Source: Flectonema sp. DT1601 (lineage: Eukaryota). From it: a stretch of DNA of 64,000 bases. The position numbers and the translations under genes are program-made. This document shows positions 33,435 through 45,500 of the stretch, in pieces; the stretch's first letter is position 1, and each line of letters opens with the position of its first letter. The stretch lies in the NCBI GenBank assembly GCA_964019425.1, contig OZ025784.1, positions 682,001 to 746,000 of the forward strand, read 5' to 3'. The notes beneath the pieces are model-generated. The model worked only from the letters and a program-made list of their open reading frames with translations, did no database searches and was not told the DNA's origin.

Positions 33435-34583
33435 TTACATAATTGAACTCGTTAGTGATTTTGACTTTTGTTTAAGAAGGTGATATCTCACAGCAGCATC
33501 GTGATATGTTCCAAATAAGAAATCAGAATCCAGAAGAGCCGACTCAGACTGCATCGACTCAGTGAGAGCTTCTACAAGACCAGCTGCGTCTTTGAGCTCC
33601 GCAGAAACGGCATCTGCAGCTGTTGAGTCTGCTCGACTTTGAACACCTTGACGAGTTAGTTGTAATATGTTTGCTTGTTCTTTTAACGATTTCACCTCCT
33701 CAATAAGTTGTGATTGAGTCAGCGTAGCTGCCAAAACCGCATCAGACGAGTCGCTCAGCTGTTGTTTAGCTGCCGATATTAAATTATTAGAACTGGCCAC
33801 ACACTGTTGTAAATCTTTTGAATAATTTTCAGTCATTACCGTAACCAGACTATCGTTGTCATCAGCTGTGGCTTCCAACTGAGAGAGAGACATATCGCTT
33901 AGTTGCCCATCAAATGTGGGTACGGTCGGTACGGCTACGTCAACCTTAACAATATCACGTTTACTAACCACAGATTCATTACTCTGAATAGACACCATAC
34001 TCTTACATTGTGACAATGACAGTCCAGTTGCAAACGAATCCGGCGCAGCTTCAAAATGAATAGGCGCCTCCTGAACCTTCGGTTGATGTTCATAAATCCG
34101 TTCATGAGATGCTAACAAAACATCATCAATTTTTGGAGGAGGGGGAATCGAACTGGATGATAAATTCCATCGAATCGCTGATGACTTAAGAACCGGAGGA
34201 TTGGCTAAGAAATTGTTATAAATCTTTCTCAAAACACTACTCAGAGAGGTGGAGTAATTCCAATTTAACATCTCTGGGTGAATTATTTGTCCATCATTCG
34301 CAACATAAATATGATTTACGATTCCAGGGTCAGGATTTGATAAGAATACGATTGGTCTTCTCGCTCTTGGAAATCCGTCTGGGAAGAGACAAGTGATGCT
34401 GAAGACTTCTTTAAAAGAAATGACCATCTTCATCTCTCCCTTCTTCCCCATCCCTCCTCGCACCCCTTCAGAGCTAAATTCAATCAAGATACCGTCGGTT
34501 TGCCTTTTGTATAATTTTCGATCTTCAGGTCCCTCGATGATTTCAAAATCATCTTCCGTCAGATCATCCTCAAAGTTTGGCAT
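33435..34583 (-). CDS. ESCRT-I-like protein (UEV/UBC-like N-terminus, Pro-rich linker, Vps37-like helical C-terminus)
   Basis: 'FPDGFPRARRP...NHIYV..DGQIIHPEMLNWN...SLSSVL..I..NFLANPP' is UBC/UEV-like without a catalytic Cys. C-terminal 'F...YH..AVRYHL.K.K' resembles the Mod(r) domain. Confidence 0.6.
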   Translation of the reverse strand: MPNFEDDLTEDDFEIIEGPEDRKLYKRQTDGILIEFSSEGVRGGMGKKGEMKMVISFKEVFSITCLFPDGFPRARRPIVFLSNPDPGIVNHIYVANDGQIIHPEMLNWNYSTSLSSVLRKIYNNFLANPPVLKSSAIRWNLSSSSIPPPPKIDDVLLASHERIYEHQPKVQEAPIHFEAAPDSFATGLSLSQCKSMVSIQSNESVVSKRDIVKVDVAVPTVPTFDGQLSDMSLSQLEATADDNDSLVTVMTENYSKDLQQCVASSNNLISAAKQQLSDSSDAVLAATLTQSQLIEEVKSLKEQANILQLTRQGVQSRADSTAADAVSAELKDAAGLVEALTESMQSESALLDSDFLFGTYHDAAVRYHLLKQKSKSLTSSIM

Positions 34584-35149
34584 TTTTTTTTTTTTTTTTT
34601 TGTGTAGGTACCTTTGTTAATAATTAAAAAAAATAAATCACAGTTTTCACCCCAATCCACACATCACATTCTTATTTTATTGTTTTACGAGATGACCTGT
34701 CACAGATGACCAAAAACAGTAAGACAACCAACAAAAACACAACAACTCTTTAATGAAAATCCTCAACTCAAAATGATAAAACAGATGAATGAGTTGAACA
34801 GTTGAAATCCTATTTTGTGATAACAGTAATTAAAATATATTAGGTCCGCAATCGCTGGACCAGACAGAGAGAAGATAAAACGAGAGGAATCCGCGGCCAA
34901 CAGGTCAGCAGAAATAAAAACACGCCGATCGGACGTGTCATTACGAAATGAGACTATGCACCAAGAAATGATGGGTAACTTGATACCTGAATTAACTGAA
35001 TACGGTTTTTTGACTAAGGCTGGCATACAGCAAAGTAAATAGCGTACTTGTTAACATTGTATGTTTCCCTTTTATAAAAATCTGAAAAGAATTATCATAG
35101 TCTATTTTGTCTTGTTTTTTTCTTCTTCTTTAGTTCATATTAGATTTAT

Positions 35150-38100
35150 TCATTCTCCATAGTACTCAGCTAGTCCTTCACAGGCCTTCTTGTAGAGAGC
35201 TGCTCCGTTAGGATCTCCAGAGCTCGCCATCGAAACCGCTTTCACCAAATCGTCTGCGTGTTGACATCCTCCACTGTCAGCAAACTGGTCATTCGCAATC
35301 GCCGCAGCTTTTCTAAGAATATCTGTAGCAGTTTGCCAACATTTAGCTTTCATGTAGATATCAGCAAGTGAGACATACATATCATAGGGAATCGAACTGG
35401 AGAATAGTTTAGCAAGGTACATTGCTCTCCATTGGTATTGAAGAGCTACACGACAACGACCAGCCAACAAAGCGATCCTTGACATCTTTTGATACTGGGG
35501 TATTAATGCGCCGTGAGCTGGACCGTATAACCTTCTGGCAATAAGAAGAGATTTGAATTGGTGTTGAATTGCGTGATCGAGTTCTGGGAGAGCCAGTCCG
35601 GTGATGTAATCTGCGATGGCCTGATAGCAGAATGCTGATTCTTTGCAGATTGTCCCGACTATCTGATTGACGTAGTCAAGACCTTGATGTAGTTTCCTTC
35701 CAACGAGAGTACTCTCTTCGTGAACTATCGAGTGAGACATTCCTTCAACGATACTAAATCGAATCTCTGGATATGAAACTGTCGGAAGAATATCAACGAG
35801 GTCAGTTAGAGTGATCGGTTCTGACGATGAAAAATCAATTTCTCTTTGAGCAATACAAAGACCAGTCTTATAACAAATTGATCTCAATAATATAAATCTA
35901 TTTATCCCGTTAATCCATCCTTGTGGTAGATTATAATCAAATCTCTTAAGAACTTCTCGTTCAATCCAATCCGATTCTTTGTCGCTTTCTTCATGGATTG
36001 TGGGTTTGTTTTTCTTCTTCTTCTTCTTACTAACTTGAGACTTACTCATACCAAGGTTAGAACCTTCTCCTCCTAAAAGTTTATTTAGATAGCAGACCAA
36101 TGGAGTTAATAGGTCTCCAGTTGTGTTTTCTGCTTCGCTCATCACCGCTCTGATTTTATGTTTTATAATCCGTGAAACCATTTCTATAATCGTTATGTTC
36201 TTCGCACCGATAGCCCATGACGGTAATTGCTTTGCTATTTCTCCTAAGTATCTCATGTTGACACCTTGGTCATGAAGAAACGATGTAATCTCAGCTGGGT
36301 CAGTTATCTCACCAATTTGTAGCCTTTTCACCAACGGAGGTATCTTAGCTTTCAAGAACAACGCGAGGTCTTCCAACTGCTCGGTGTGTTGTTTGATCGT
36401 TTCATCGTCGTCACCCGAAACCATTCCCTGACAATAGGTAAACAAATCACAATTAAAACTTATGTTACTGTTAACATCCAATTCACGTAATCTCTGTTCC
36501 CTCTCAACGTATGCCTGTACTGGATGGGTTCCTTGTTTTATAGTGAGTTGGTACAGCTTTTCAACTTCTGCAACCTCTTCAGGATTTCTCTTACTTTTTA
36601 CATAGTCTTGAAGACATTGTTGTCTTATAAATGCTAATGGTTCGTGTGATGTCTCTCCGGTAGTTGATTTTCCCCTCCAGTTCAAGTCCCGTGGAAGCGT
36701 TTTTCCACATTCTAAGAGATAACAATCCCCGTCAGATGATTTCATTATTTTAATCTCAGTGTTGATGTGAATTATTACTTTAGAACCATCTGGATTGATC
36801 ATAGTGTGAGGGGCACAATGAAGTTGTTTGGCGAGGTGTTGAAGTTTAATTTGAACGTCGTCGTTAACGATGTAGGCGTCTAAACTATCATCCCAACCCT
36901 GCTGTTGTGGAGCAGCTACTTGACCATCAGTTTGGTGTAGTAGTATACCGGGTATCAATGCTTGACACAGTATTCTCTTTCCCTTATAATCGAGTACTAC
37001 CGTGCTGACAGTTCTGAGGTCTGATTTACATTCGCGGAGAGCAGAGATCCCATGGAGGTCTTGTTTTGCCATTACTCTGGCTAATCCTTTCGGAGGATCC
37101 TTTAACAATTTATTGTCTAATGCTTGAGAGATGAACGTATCACTGACAACGTATACTAAGCTATCAGCTGTATCTCCACCATTAGTGCTTAAAGGAAGAA
37201 CCTGACCATCAGCACAGTTCATGGCAGAGCGAGTAGCGAAATCGATGTATTCAGTGTGTGCTCGTGAGCATTGTTTTTGTTTTTGATATTGTTGTTGGAA
37301 ATCATCATCGGGAAGAGACAAGACTTCTTGAGTAACTTGATTCCATTGCCTTACAGGTGCTAAATGTTCAGCAACTGCCGGTGAATGTTCGCTAAACTTA
37401 GCACCTCCACATGATGACGATCCGTTTGCTGGATAATCCATTCCCGTCGGCATCAGAAGAAGAATTGTTGATCCAGTTTCAAATGGATGCAACGACACTC
37501 TCAATCTTAACAAATCAAATACTTTTTCTTTATACTTCGGCCACACCTGCAGAATGAGTCCCAACAGCGTCTCTGAATGACACGGTTTCGAAGCAGGCAC
37601 TGGATTAAAGACAGCATGCTTAGTTTGATTCACATAAAACCCTCCTGGAGTACAAGTAACCTGAATAGAAGGTGGTGTATAACCACTCTTCATAGTAATG
37701 TCGATATATCCTAGATCGCCTTGTAGTTTTCTTTGACGAGGTGGTGGGTTGTAACCTGACCATATTATTCCAATGTGTGATTCAAAACTAAATTTCACTA
37801 CCGGAACTTGTTTTAGTATATCTAAGTAGGGCGATACTTTTACAGTTTTATTTTCACTAAATAACTCTGAAAACGACCCAGGTGGATTCATTCCCTCAGG
37901 AACCGATAACGGTCTCCTCACTGATTGCTCAGTTAGTTTCTTATCCTGAGCCGATGTAAACCCCGCAGAATGAGTACACTCAACGTCAAATGCGTATTCA
38001 GTACTTGTGAAACTAGCTTGGTAGAATCCCTCTGGATCATCAACAATACCTTTTAAATTCTGACCAAGTGATTTATAAATAGAAGGGTAAGACTTAGGAT

Positions 38101-38467
38101 CGGTTGACTTGTCAGCTACAACAGGAACTTGAACAGGAAATATCGACAACATAACCTCATCTAACCTCGACATTAATAATTCTTGTAGGTGTGAAATATG
38201 CAGTCGAAGGTCTTTGTCATCATACTTTTTAAATTTCATCGTGAAACTATCTCCTGTTTGCAGACCATCAAATTTATAATTATAGGCATCGACGGGTTTA
38301 CCGGTTTTGTCTTCTACTAATTCATATGATGTAACGTAGCAGCATTCGATATTTTCCATTAGTAAGTTTTTAATATCCATTATAGTGTCTTCATCATGGG
38401 TTTCTAACATAACCCGAACCCCAGTTGGAAGTTGAATTTTTAGTTCTATGGGGTGAGTCATCGTCAT
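35150..38467 (-). CDS. CLU1: Clustered mitochondria (CLU/TIF31) family protein
   Basis: 'WSGYNPPPRQRKLQGDLGY', 'VVLDYKGKRILCQALIPGIL', 'PRDLN', 'LHDQGVNMRYLG', 'EMVSRIIKH' and C-terminal TPR-like helices. Likely start MTMTHP at 38467. Confidence 0.9.
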   Translation of the reverse strand: MTMTHPIELKIQLPTGVRVMLETHDEDTIMDIKNLLMENIECCYVTSYELVEDKTGKPVDAYNYKFDGLQTGDSFTMKFKKYDDKDLRLHISHLQELLMSRLDEVMLSIFPVQVPVVADKSTDPKSYPSIYKSLGQNLKGIVDDPEGFYQASFTSTEYAFDVECTHSAGFTSAQDKKLTEQSVRRPLSVPEGMNPPGSFSELFSENKTVKVSPYLDILKQVPVVKFSFESHIGIIWSGYNPPPRQRKLQGDLGYIDITMKSGYTPPSIQVTCTPGGFYVNQTKHAVFNPVPASKPCHSETLLGLILQVWPKYKEKVFDLLRLRVSLHPFETGSTILLLMPTGMDYPANGSSSCGGAKFSEHSPAVAEHLAPVRQWNQVTQEVLSLPDDDFQQQYQKQKQCSRAHTEYIDFATRSAMNCADGQVLPLSTNGGDTADSLVYVVSDTFISQALDNKLLKDPPKGLARVMAKQDLHGISALRECKSDLRTVSTVVLDYKGKRILCQALIPGILLHQTDGQVAAPQQQGWDDSLDAYIVNDDVQIKLQHLAKQLHCAPHTMINPDGSKVIIHINTEIKIMKSSDGDCYLLECGKTLPRDLNWRGKSTTGETSHEPLAFIRQQCLQDYVKSKRNPEEVAEVEKLYQLTIKQGTHPVQAYVEREQRLRELDVNSNISFNCDLFTYCQGMVSGDDDETIKQHTEQLEDLALFLKAKIPPLVKRLQIGEITDPAEITSFLHDQGVNMRYLGEIAKQLPSWAIGAKNITIIEMVSRIIKHKIRAVMSEAENTTGDLLTPLVCYLNKLLGGEGSNLGMSKSQVSKKKKKKNKPTIHEESDKESDWIEREVLKRFDYNLPQGWINGINRFILLRSICYKTGLCIAQREIDFSSSEPITLTDLVDILPTVSYPEIRFSIVEGMSHSIVHEESTLVGRKLHQGLDYVNQIVGTICKESAFCYQAIADYITGLALPELDHAIQHQFKSLLIARRLYGPAHGALIPQYQKMSRIALLAGRCRVALQYQWRAMYLAKLFSSSIPYDMYVSLADIYMKAKCWQTATDILRKAAAIANDQFADSGGCQHADDLVKAVSMASSGDPNGAALYKKACEGLAEYYGE

Positions 38468-39726
38468 TTTTTTTTTTTTTTTTTTTTCTTCTTTAAATCG
38501 CCACCTACTTGTTTTTTTTTGTTTTTTTTTAAAAAAAAAGAGTAATAAAAATAAAAATAAAAAACATAGTAACGTCAAAATAGGTTACAAAAAAAATAAC
38601 ATCCACAGCTTCTGACAGACTCAGGAACAGCAGAAATCGATTAATAACAGACTACACATAACACGGATATCTCTGGGGTAAATGTAAAAAAGAGGAGGAG
38701 AAAAATATGAAAAAAAAAAAAAATACTGTACTTTTTAACGTAGTAATACAAAACTACTGTCGAGGAGAACCTGTTTTTGTTATTGTTTTTGGTGTGTTAT
38801 TTTTTTTTTCTAAAGATAAATATTGAGATCGATCGTATGCGTCATCCATATCCTCTCTCTATTATCATGTATGTGTGTGTGTTGTGTGCTAATCATTTCC
38901 CCGTCCCACATCCAGCAGTGCTTCCAGAGTTCCTTCCCGCGCCTTTCTTTTTTTTATTTATTTTTTTCCTTCTTCTTCTTTGTTTCCCTCTCTTCGTCGC
39001 CTTTTTTTTTTTTTTTTTTAAACTTTCTCGTCAGGATACAATCAAAAATTTAAGAATAGAAAATTATGCGGAACTCAAATAGTAGTTTAATGGTTTCTTT
39101 TTATTTATTTATTTCTTGTTGTTGTTTAGCCAAGTAAGCTAGTAAGCTTGTTTAGCCTTAGTATTGGTATTTAGTTTGAAGTAACCTGACAGAAAGACTT
39201 TTGCTTGTAGTCTCTCTCTCTCACTCCCTCCTCGCAGTGGTAGATTTAAAGTAACGTGTAAAAGTATAAATTAAGAGAGAGAGAGAGAACAGCAAAAAAA
39301 AAAAAAAAAGAGGAGAAGAAGAGAGGGGGGGAAAAGAGATCAAAGAAAAGGATGAAAAGAAAGACGCGGGAGAAGAAGTAGAGCAAATGTTCCATATTTA
39401 TTTTTTATCAATACGCAATATGTTTGCCTAAACACCTGTATCTCAACTGAACCAAATGAAGATTCACAAGCAGTTTTCATAAACACAAACGTCACGGCAA
39501 TCATACTTCGTAATTCACGGGCTACTAAAAGGGGGTTTCTGTGATGCACTGATACCCTTCTGTTGCTTTCTTTATATTTTTTTTTTTTTGTTTGTTTTTT
39601 TTTTTTCTTTTGTTGCTCACTTCAAAATATTCATATTTCTTTATTTTTTTTTCTTCTTTCCGAAAACCAACAATTCACATAATAAAAAATAAATTAAAAA
39701 TCTTCGAAGTCAGGATAACTGCTCAC

Positions 39727-40377
<651 letters not shown>

Positions 40378-41340
40378 TCACCTTACACAACCGGTCTGAA
40401 TAACAAGAAGACGAAAGGGAAAGACTACGGCTGCTAAAGCCCACAAAGTACTAACAAGCCGGGATAGGGAAAGGCATGAGAAGGGGGGCATTATATTTGT
40501 GAGCAATTGAAACAAAACTAAAAGTAAAAACCGCAGGAACCTCTCCTCAGGGTAAATCCGTCGTAGGAAAAATAAAATAAAAAATACAAATGAATTGAAC
40601 TTTTCGCAAAAAAAAAAAAAAAAATTGGGTTCTTCCATACTAATTTGTCGCACGAAACCAAAACCTTTTTCCTCAGTATTAAAAATAATAATAATAATAA
40701 TACTACCCGCAATAGCAATAACAGTCAGAGATTTTTCGTTCAACGTGACTTTTTTTAATAAAATTTCTTCTTTTCGAAGAATGATTACTCGGAAAAAAAA
40801 AAAAAAAAAGGGAAAGTTGACAAGAGAGAGAGAGAGAGAGAGAGAAAATAAAAATACCATGAAATAGAGAAAAGTACTTCTTTTGAGCAATTTTAAAAAA
40901 AATTTTTTTTTGAATATATAATTTTTTTTTTAAACTTCATACTACCGTAGACTTAGTTAGTATTAATAATTATCAGTCAATCAAAAAAAAGCAAAATTTT
41001 CGTAGGACAACAAACAAGTTGGTTTCGGGCTAAGATTAAAAACAATCTTTCTTCGGACCATTCCCCTTACCCAAGCCCTCTTCAGAGAAGTAAGCAAGGG
41101 GGACACTGCGGTGTCAGGCCTGTCCTACTCATCGCGTTTGCCCTTCTCAGCCTACTACTAGACTTAGTTAGTTATATAATCCAACGTTACTGTATATTAT
41201 GAGTGCTCTAGGAGGGTAACTCACACTTATCAAAGACTTATCAAATAAGTTTACACTCCGCTCGTTTAATAAAAAAATCAGAAAAACCGACTTCAACACA
41301 ATAAGTTAAAGGAAAAGGTGTCCAACCGTTCTTTATTTTT

Positions 41341-41500
41341 TTGCATTTAACAAGTATTGTAAGAACGAAAAAGAATGTTGGCAGCACACGTAAACCTCCT
41401 TTAGCTTTATCAGTTTAAGTCGGTTCACGGTTTCGTGCACAAACAAAAAATCACAGTGTTATATCATTATTTTCTGTATAGTTGAAGATAAAGCCAATTC
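41341..41500. repeat. 'GCACGAAACCGTG' family repeat, longest contiguous copy, inverted relative to the others
   Basis: Reverse complement of 15081-15154 joined to 15224-15330, flanked by T-runs. Confidence 0.85.
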
Positions 41501-42520
41501 TTTTTTTTTTATAGCTCCTTACAGTACTTCTTTGTTTAAATACAACAAAAACAACAACAAAAAAACAAAAAAAAAACGACCATTAAAAACCTAAAAAGGG
41601 TTGCATGAAGAGACAACAGCCAACGTTGTCAAAGGCTATCTCAACCTTTTTTTTTTGGAGGTTTTTTTTTTTGGCCTCGCAGCGAGATTCTCACCGAGAG
41701 AAAAAAGGGACGGTTTACCCCCATTTGCTTTTTTAACAAAAGTCAGTAAAACCATGATCCAATAATATGAAAAAAAAAAAAAAAAAAATGATGACAACAT
41801 CAAAAACAGCTGCAGAGACACCTGTTGTGTCGGTGTCGTCACCTCACCTCCGATTCGGAGTCGACCGAAAGAAGTACAATTTTCCTTACTATTGTGTAAT
41901 AGTTTACCCAAAAATATGTCAAATAACTGACCGACACAAAATAATTGTCTCTGCAGGGTTTTAAAAAAAAAAAAAAAAAAATTAACAAATATTTTGGGGC
42001 AGACGGAACAAATCCACTCCACGTGATGCCAGAAGGCGAGAAATAAAAAATAAAATGTTTTTTTTTTCCTTAAAGGTAAGTTGATTTTTTTTTTTTTTTT
42101 TTTGAGGTCTTTCCCACTGAAAGGAAAACAAAAGAAATCCTAAACTGTCGAGAGGCAGTGTAGAATTACGATTGCAGAAAATAAAAATACCGCTCGACGG
42201 AGGTATAACCGTTACGTTGAAACCGGCTAAACTAAAATAGGGCTGCATGCAAAAAGAAAAACCAACAGTAGTATAACGCACACTAAGCAGTGTTGGCGGA
42301 TTACGATCCTTTATGAATTATCAAAAGGAAACTCTCCTCTAATAGGGAAGAACAAAAGAAAGAAATAATAACCGAAAAGGAAGAGAAAGCACAAAATCAC
42401 TTTACTCAAAAAAAAACGGGCAATTAATATTAGAAAAATAAAAGACTACTATTGAGCCTTGAGAGGAAAAGTGTAGCAATATTGGCTGTGTAAGAATTAA
42501 GAAAAACTGAACTTTTTCGT

Positions 42521-45500
42521 TTACTTCCCCTCAAGAGATGTTTTACTCGCCCGTCGTTCAAGTTCTACAGACTTGCCTTTCGTGCTGGCGGCGCTTTTTG
42601 AACTTCCGTTTGAAAATTTTCTATCCGACTGAGTGAGTAGCCTACTACTAGAAGTCTTACGTGCTGCCTGCATCTGACTGGATGAGTTACTTGACTTTCT
42701 ATCAATCGGAGCAGTTGGTGGGCTTTCATTAGATTTTGTACTACCAGATATCTTTCCATCTGATTTCCGACGGTTGGAACCAGCAGAAGGTGGTTTGGTT
42801 GGTTGATCATCAGGTAGAGGACTACCAGAAGATTCATTCTGAATCTCGCCTGACGGAGTAATCGAAGTTGTAGCTTCCTCTTCCCTGTCATCGCTGTTAC
42901 TCGCTGTATCTTGGGAATCAACTTCAGTCCTCTCTGTATTAGTTGGAGGAACTGGAGGTGATTTCAGTTCATCAACTGGAAGCGGTATTCTCGGCACTGG
43001 CACTGCCACCTCATCCTTTTCATCAGCTGATGAACCAGAGCTGCTTCCTTCACTGTTCTTGTTCGTGTTTGCATCATTTTTACTACCAACACTCCTCTCT
43101 GTAGCAGCCTTCTGAGCCCTGCTACTACTTGGTGAGCTGCTGGAAGGAGGAGGAATGGCCGATAACTTCGTATTTGGATGACGACAACGAACACCATGAT
43201 CATTATTCTGACGTAGATTCATTTCAACCGAATCCTGTTATTGTTTGAAACGATAAAGCCAAATAAATGGCTTCTTGAAAAGGATATAAATACAGAGCAT
43301 TCACACATACCATTCTCTGAATCAACATGTCACGAACTTTGTCGTACTGATGACGTAAACGAGCAACTTCTTCACGTTTTTCTTTTGAATTTCTAAACAG
43401 TTTCTGTCGGTCCGTCTCCCCTGATTTCTGCAACACAGAGCGCTGATATTGACAAGCGACGATTCTTTTTTCCCGATCATCAAGTTTTTGCTCAAGATCC
43501 TGTTTTTGATTACTATTTTGGAAGGAAAAACTTCAAATGAGTTAGCAAATAAAAACATCTGCCTCATCTCCTATAAGATGTGATGAGTTACGACTAAATT
43601 TGGAGACGTAAAGACTTTTTAAAGGCAGTTGTAGGAACCGCAGAAACATTTGAGCAATCGCAGAAACGTGGAAGCCCAGAAGAGTTTCAAATACAGTTGA
43701 CTGAGCGGAAGCGGGTCCGAGCTGCCAAATAAATCGAATATTTTCTTACATTCGTTACATTTGTCCATATTAGAGTACATTGTGTATCTATTAATTTAAA
43801 ACTTCTTCTCCTTCCACCAGGAAAGCGCAGCTAGGAATTTTTCCACGCAAGCGGATCTCACAACCCGACCACCCTTCCCCACGCTCAGTATTATGAACAA
43901 GCCGTTTCATACTCCGCCTCGGGTGCGGATTACAGGTACAGTTTTTTTTTTTTTTGAGTGCACCACGACCCGTGAGTCTGTGATGCTGATTGCGCTGTAA
44001 GGCGCGGTTGTTCTTTTTCTTTCTTTCTTTCTTGCTTTCTTTGTTTTGGGGGTTGTGGGTGGGAATCCCGTAGGCTTCGTATCCCCTTTCTTTGTAACTT
44101 AAAACTAATACTACAGAATAAATTGTCCACTTGGACGACTTCAGATGTGTTACAATGATGCCTTCAATGTTGATATTCGAAATGTCGATGTTTTAATAAT
44201 ACTACCGTCCTATTAGTTGTGCCAGTCTGTCTAAGGTTGTGACAAAACCAGTCATCTGCTGTTGATTCGCAGGTAAGTAGCAGTCCTCCAGTTGGCATGC
44301 TTCCTCTCCCTTGTCATTCATCATGTGACTGATGTATTTTTCTCTCAAGGTTTCTATACACCAATGTTCGCATAAAAATAATACATGATGTGCTGTCGCC
44401 TTTCCAAGTTTACAGAAAAGGCACAGCTCGTTTAGTCCTTTGATCTTCAGAGATCTGCAATGTCCCACTCTAAAGCGTGACATCAGTACTTCCTCTGGTC
44501 GTGTTAGAGCTTCGATGTACGGAGGGTGTCTTACCTCTCCTGGTCCGATCCAGTTCTCCTGTTTTCTCCGCTTGTGAAACGTCATCAATGTTCCCATGTT
44601 AAGTTGAGTGGGCAGTTGTTTAATAATAACATCTTCGTGAGGTGGATCTTCCTTCAGGCCTGCAGCGAATTTCGCCAGTTGGTCCGCTACTTCGTTGTAC
44701 CGCACGTTTCTGTGTGCCGGTACATACTGCATGTTGACTTGGATTCCCTTCTTCTCCAATTTCATTGCCAACTTCCAGATCTTTTTGTTCATTGGGGACC
44801 TTTGTTTATATGGCCCTTGTTCCAATGCCTGCATGACTGACATCGAATCAGTCAACAGGTGCGTCGTTGTTGTTAGAGATTCATGTTCATCCTCCGCCAC
44901 CTGAACTAAATTTTCCAACGCCAGTTTCACTGCAATCTGCTCGGTCCTATAAGAGGAACCCGCTACTGGTATTTTATATCCAAGTAGACGCATCTTGCTT
45001 TCGTTAACCATTACCACAGCGGCAGCCGAGTCTGTCATGTAAGTCTTGGGCTTGTGTCTTATCGACCCATCAGTGTAGACTTTCATCTCGTGAGTTGGTA
45101 GTTCAGTTTCTCGCTGTTCAGCCTCTTCCTTGTTACTTGAATATGTGAATCTCATCGAATTAGTACTTTTCCATGGAGGGACAGTGTAGTGTTCTGGGTT
45201 CACTTCCAGGTTGGTAATGCTCCGGTAATTGTCAAGGCCAGGGACACCAGAGACATAGTCTATCCAGACATTCCATCCCCATTTCGATTTTTGAAATAAT
45301 TCTGAACTCCCTGTTCTCGTCAGCTTGCGAATCGGTAGGAACGGACTCAATTTAGGTTCTACACATCTTATACTGGATGTGTTCCTTCAGTCTTGACGTG
45401 TCGGCTTCTTTGTAAAGTCTCCGTAGTTTGGTGCTCCGCAGACATCCAGTTACCAGCCTCACTGCCCTGTTTACCAGTAATTCCAGTTGTTCGAAGCACT

